A DNA stretch of 47,833 nt from a virus. Location: the UHGV virus genome UHGV-0111856; one strand, written 5' to 3'. Shown one piece after another: positions 46,131-47,833 of the stretch; position 1 is the stretch's first letter; each line of letters starts with the position of its first letter. A program made the position numbers and the translations under genes. Below the pieces are notes generated by a model. It had not been told where the DNA came from. It made no database searches and saw only the letters and a list, made by a program, of their open reading frames with translations.

Positions 46131-46395
46131 TCTTTTTGCTCTCCCGAATTTTCCACCACATCTCAAAAAGGTTTTTTGCCACCAGTGACAGTGCGCCAAG
46201 GATAGAGGCTACCGCCGCCCACTCAGTAATCGAATGGGGAATCATTGAGGCAATGTATGATTGTGCGACCGGCGTGCGCTCTGCCACCTTCAGGCCAAGA
46301 CCTGTACCGATGGATGTATAACCGGCTTTGTCGATTACCTGGCCGACAGTGCCACTAATTATCTGGTTTGCGGCGTGCTGAAGCGCGTCTCTCAT
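46108..46395 (-). CDS. hypothetical protein (95 aa) with one hydrophobic helix
   Basis: GGAGAA RBS. Confidence 0.45.
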   Translation of the reverse strand: MRDALQHAANQIISGTVGQVIDKAGYTSIGTGLGLKVAERTPVAQSYIASMIPHSITEWAAVASILGALSLVAKNLFEMWWKIRESKKNGSTDSK

Positions 46396-46557
46396 TAATT
46401 ATTCTCCGAATGATGAACTTCCAGCATCTGTACACCTGAACCAGCGAAAGCGCCATGACGATAACGCCGATTGCTATATCCAATTTCGCCGCCTTACGTT
46501 TTTCAGGACGGAACAGCGCGGGTTGAGTGTTGTTGGTTTAATTTTATCATAAAGTGT

Positions 46558-46586
46558 TGACGTAGGTTGAGGGTGCCGCTATAGTG
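46558..46586 (+). promoter_or_regulatory. promoter TTGACG-N17-TATAGT
   Basis: -35 at 46558-46563 (followed by TAGGTT), -10 at 46581-46586. Confidence 0.65.
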
Positions 46587-46625
46587 ATGACGTAGAAACA
46601 ACAATAAATTTTATAGGTGATGAAG

Positions 46626-46910
46626 ATGAAAGAATTTAAAGGTACGCCGGGGCCGTGGTTTATAGATAACGGCAGGGCAATAGGGCCAAAATCAACAGAG
46701 GACGACCAGTCTTATGGAATGATTATTCCTGTCGGCTGGGTTGAGTTTGACCCTGAAGTTGAGGTTCAAATTGCCAACCAACGAATGATGGCCGCAGCAC
46801 CGGAACTACTGGAGGCTTTGCAAATTATATGTTTTTTTGAAGATATTTCTTCGGCTCAAAGAGAGATAGCTGAAGCAGCCATCGCCAAAGCCCTCGGAGA
46901 ATCAAAATGA
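46626..46910 (+). CDS. hypothetical protein (94 aa)
   Basis: AGGTGA RBS 5 nt before ATG 46626; ORF track began at GTG 46617. Confidence 0.5.
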   Translation: MKEFKGTPGPWFIDNGRAIGPKSTEDDQSYGMIIPVGWVEFDPEVEVQIANQRMMAAAPELLEALQIICFFEDISSAQREIAEAAIAKALGESK

Positions 46911-46926
46911 TTTCATTAACAAAAAA

Positions 46927-47394
46927 TCAACTTAAATGCCTTAAGGAAATAAGAAGAACAAATGGATACCCTGCACACTGGATGCCAAAATCAAGGCAGA
47001 AGCTCGTTGAGTTGGGACTGGTAAAGGATTCGAACAATGGACCCATTGTGTCTAGGTAGTCAACAAGCTTTGTTAGGTCATAAATGTTACGACCTCCATA
47101 TCGGCTGTCACTTTTTGATGTTGGTTTCTTGTCCAAGAGATTGGCTTTTTCCAGATCATTGATAGCTCTCTGAACTGTCCTTACAGAAACGCCCATTCGT
47201 ATTGCTAGGCTCTCCATCGACGGGTGCGGCCATTCTTGTAGACTCCACCAATGAACTATGAGGTTAAGCAGAGTGTTGAAGGCCACAGAAGTTAGTTTTT
47301 TTTCGTTTTGTATAAAAAACAACACGGTAGGCACTGCTGTCCAGCCAAGAGACAAACCGCCAGCTTTCCATTTTTTATCAATGGAGTAAGTCAT
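46927..47394 (-). CDS. HTH-domain protein (replication-organiser / DNA-binding like)
   Basis: SMESLAIRMGVSVRTVQRAINDLEKANLL HTH; C-terminal 40 aa look non-protein-like and overlap a convergent plus ORF (46907-47059). Confidence 0.4.
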   Translation of the reverse strand: MTYSIDKKWKAGGLSLGWTAVPTVLFFIQNEKKLTSVAFNTLLNLIVHWWSLQEWPHPSMESLAIRMGVSVRTVQRAINDLEKANLLDKKPTSKSDSRYGGRNIYDLTKLVDYLDTMGPLFESFTSPNSTSFCLDFGIQCAGYPFVLLISLRHLS

Positions 47395-47548
47395 TGATTA
47401 CCTTATATAAAAAATTATTTGGTGTATATATTATATGATTATTCATATGAATAGGGTGACACTAGCGCCATTATTGTGCAACCACAAAAAGCTAACCTGA
47501 AGATAGAAAAAAAATTTTTCTGCCTCGAATAAATACGGAGTTAACGAT

Positions 47549-47719
47549 ATGAAAACCGAACAACGTCATGATCTTTTTGAAGATACTGAGGTATTTGGCG
47601 TATCCTTGTCTCTGTTGATTTCCAGAGCGAATGAGAAGTCTGTTACAATGCCCTCTGGTCTGACTAGGGAGCAGAGAAGGGAATGGGCGATAAAAACGGC
47701 ACGCAAAGTTCAATCGTAA
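47549..47719 (+). CDS. small protein (56 aa), not in ORF track
   Basis: GGAG RBS 7 nt upstream; preferred over the anti-sense 89-aa ORF 47492-47761. Confidence 0.35.
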   Translation: MKTEQRHDLFEDTEVFGVSLSLLISRANEKSVTMPSGLTREQRREWAIKTARKVQS

Positions 47720-47833
47720 CATATGCGCAATATACCGTAGATTTTTCTGATTCATTTTCAACGTTTTACGCTTCCCTTGTGGAGATGCCTACACGCCTCA
47801 ATATCCTTGATTGTATCGATGAATTTATCGATC

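Noticed and set aside
47492-47761. 89-aa minus-strand ORF at the right end
   Set aside because: Translation is Arg/Leu-rich junk-like and has no RBS. The plus-strand 56-aa ORF 47549-47719 with a GGAG RBS explains the region better
1-47833. Searched for CRISPR arrays, integrase/recombinase, repressor/Cro switch and att-like direct repeats at window ends
   Set aside because: None found. The only regular repeats are the GAGTTCCC iterons (21562-21826), which lack spacer-repeat CRISPR architecture; the window ends instead appear to continue into each other within an ORF

Overview
This 47.8-kb window is an almost fully coding, near-complete tailed-phage (siphovirus-type) genome. I saw no integrase, repressor/Cro pair or attachment-site signature, so it reads as a virulent phage or an arbitrarily linearised, circularly permuted assembly rather than an integrated prophage. 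The minus strand carries the morphogenesis operons: small and large terminase subunits, portal, SPP1-gp7/Mu-F-type minor head protein, a complete lysis cassette, protease/scaffold, decoration and major capsid genes. Continuing across the window ends it carries connector/neck genes, an Ig-domain major tail protein, tail chaperone, a 1093-aa tape measure, lambda M/L/K-like and I-J-like tip proteins, and a beta-helix tailspike. The plus strand carries a replication/recombination module: SF2 helicase, VRR-NUC nuclease, PD-(D/E)xK exonuclease, RecA-like ATPase and SSB, with a primase on the minus strand. At least six short plus-strand cassettes are inserted inside the late operons, each with its own sigma70-like promoter and rho-independent terminator. 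The main oddities are listed here and detailed in the findings. (1) About seven homing-endonuclease-type genes: three intact HNH-AP2 paralogs plus one catalytically degenerate copy, a zinc-loop HNH gene next to the terminase broken at an A8 tract, and two proteins sharing a triple zinc-ribbon repeat but carrying different nuclease domains. (2) Two duplicated Zn-ribbon + HNH-AP2 two-gene units with a conserved +1 overlap. (3) A dyad iteron array around an AT-rich core, which is a candidate origin. (4) A recurrent early-promoter module, TTGACG plus TAGATT. (5) tRNA-Arg and a tRNA-Met-like gene inside the tail module. (6) An HslV/proteasome-like peptidase operon. (7) A DUF2829/Tad2-like small protein and a Lar-like zinc-ribbon protein, both candidate anti-defence genes. 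All functional calls come from reading motifs by eye and from gene position; none has been checked against a database.
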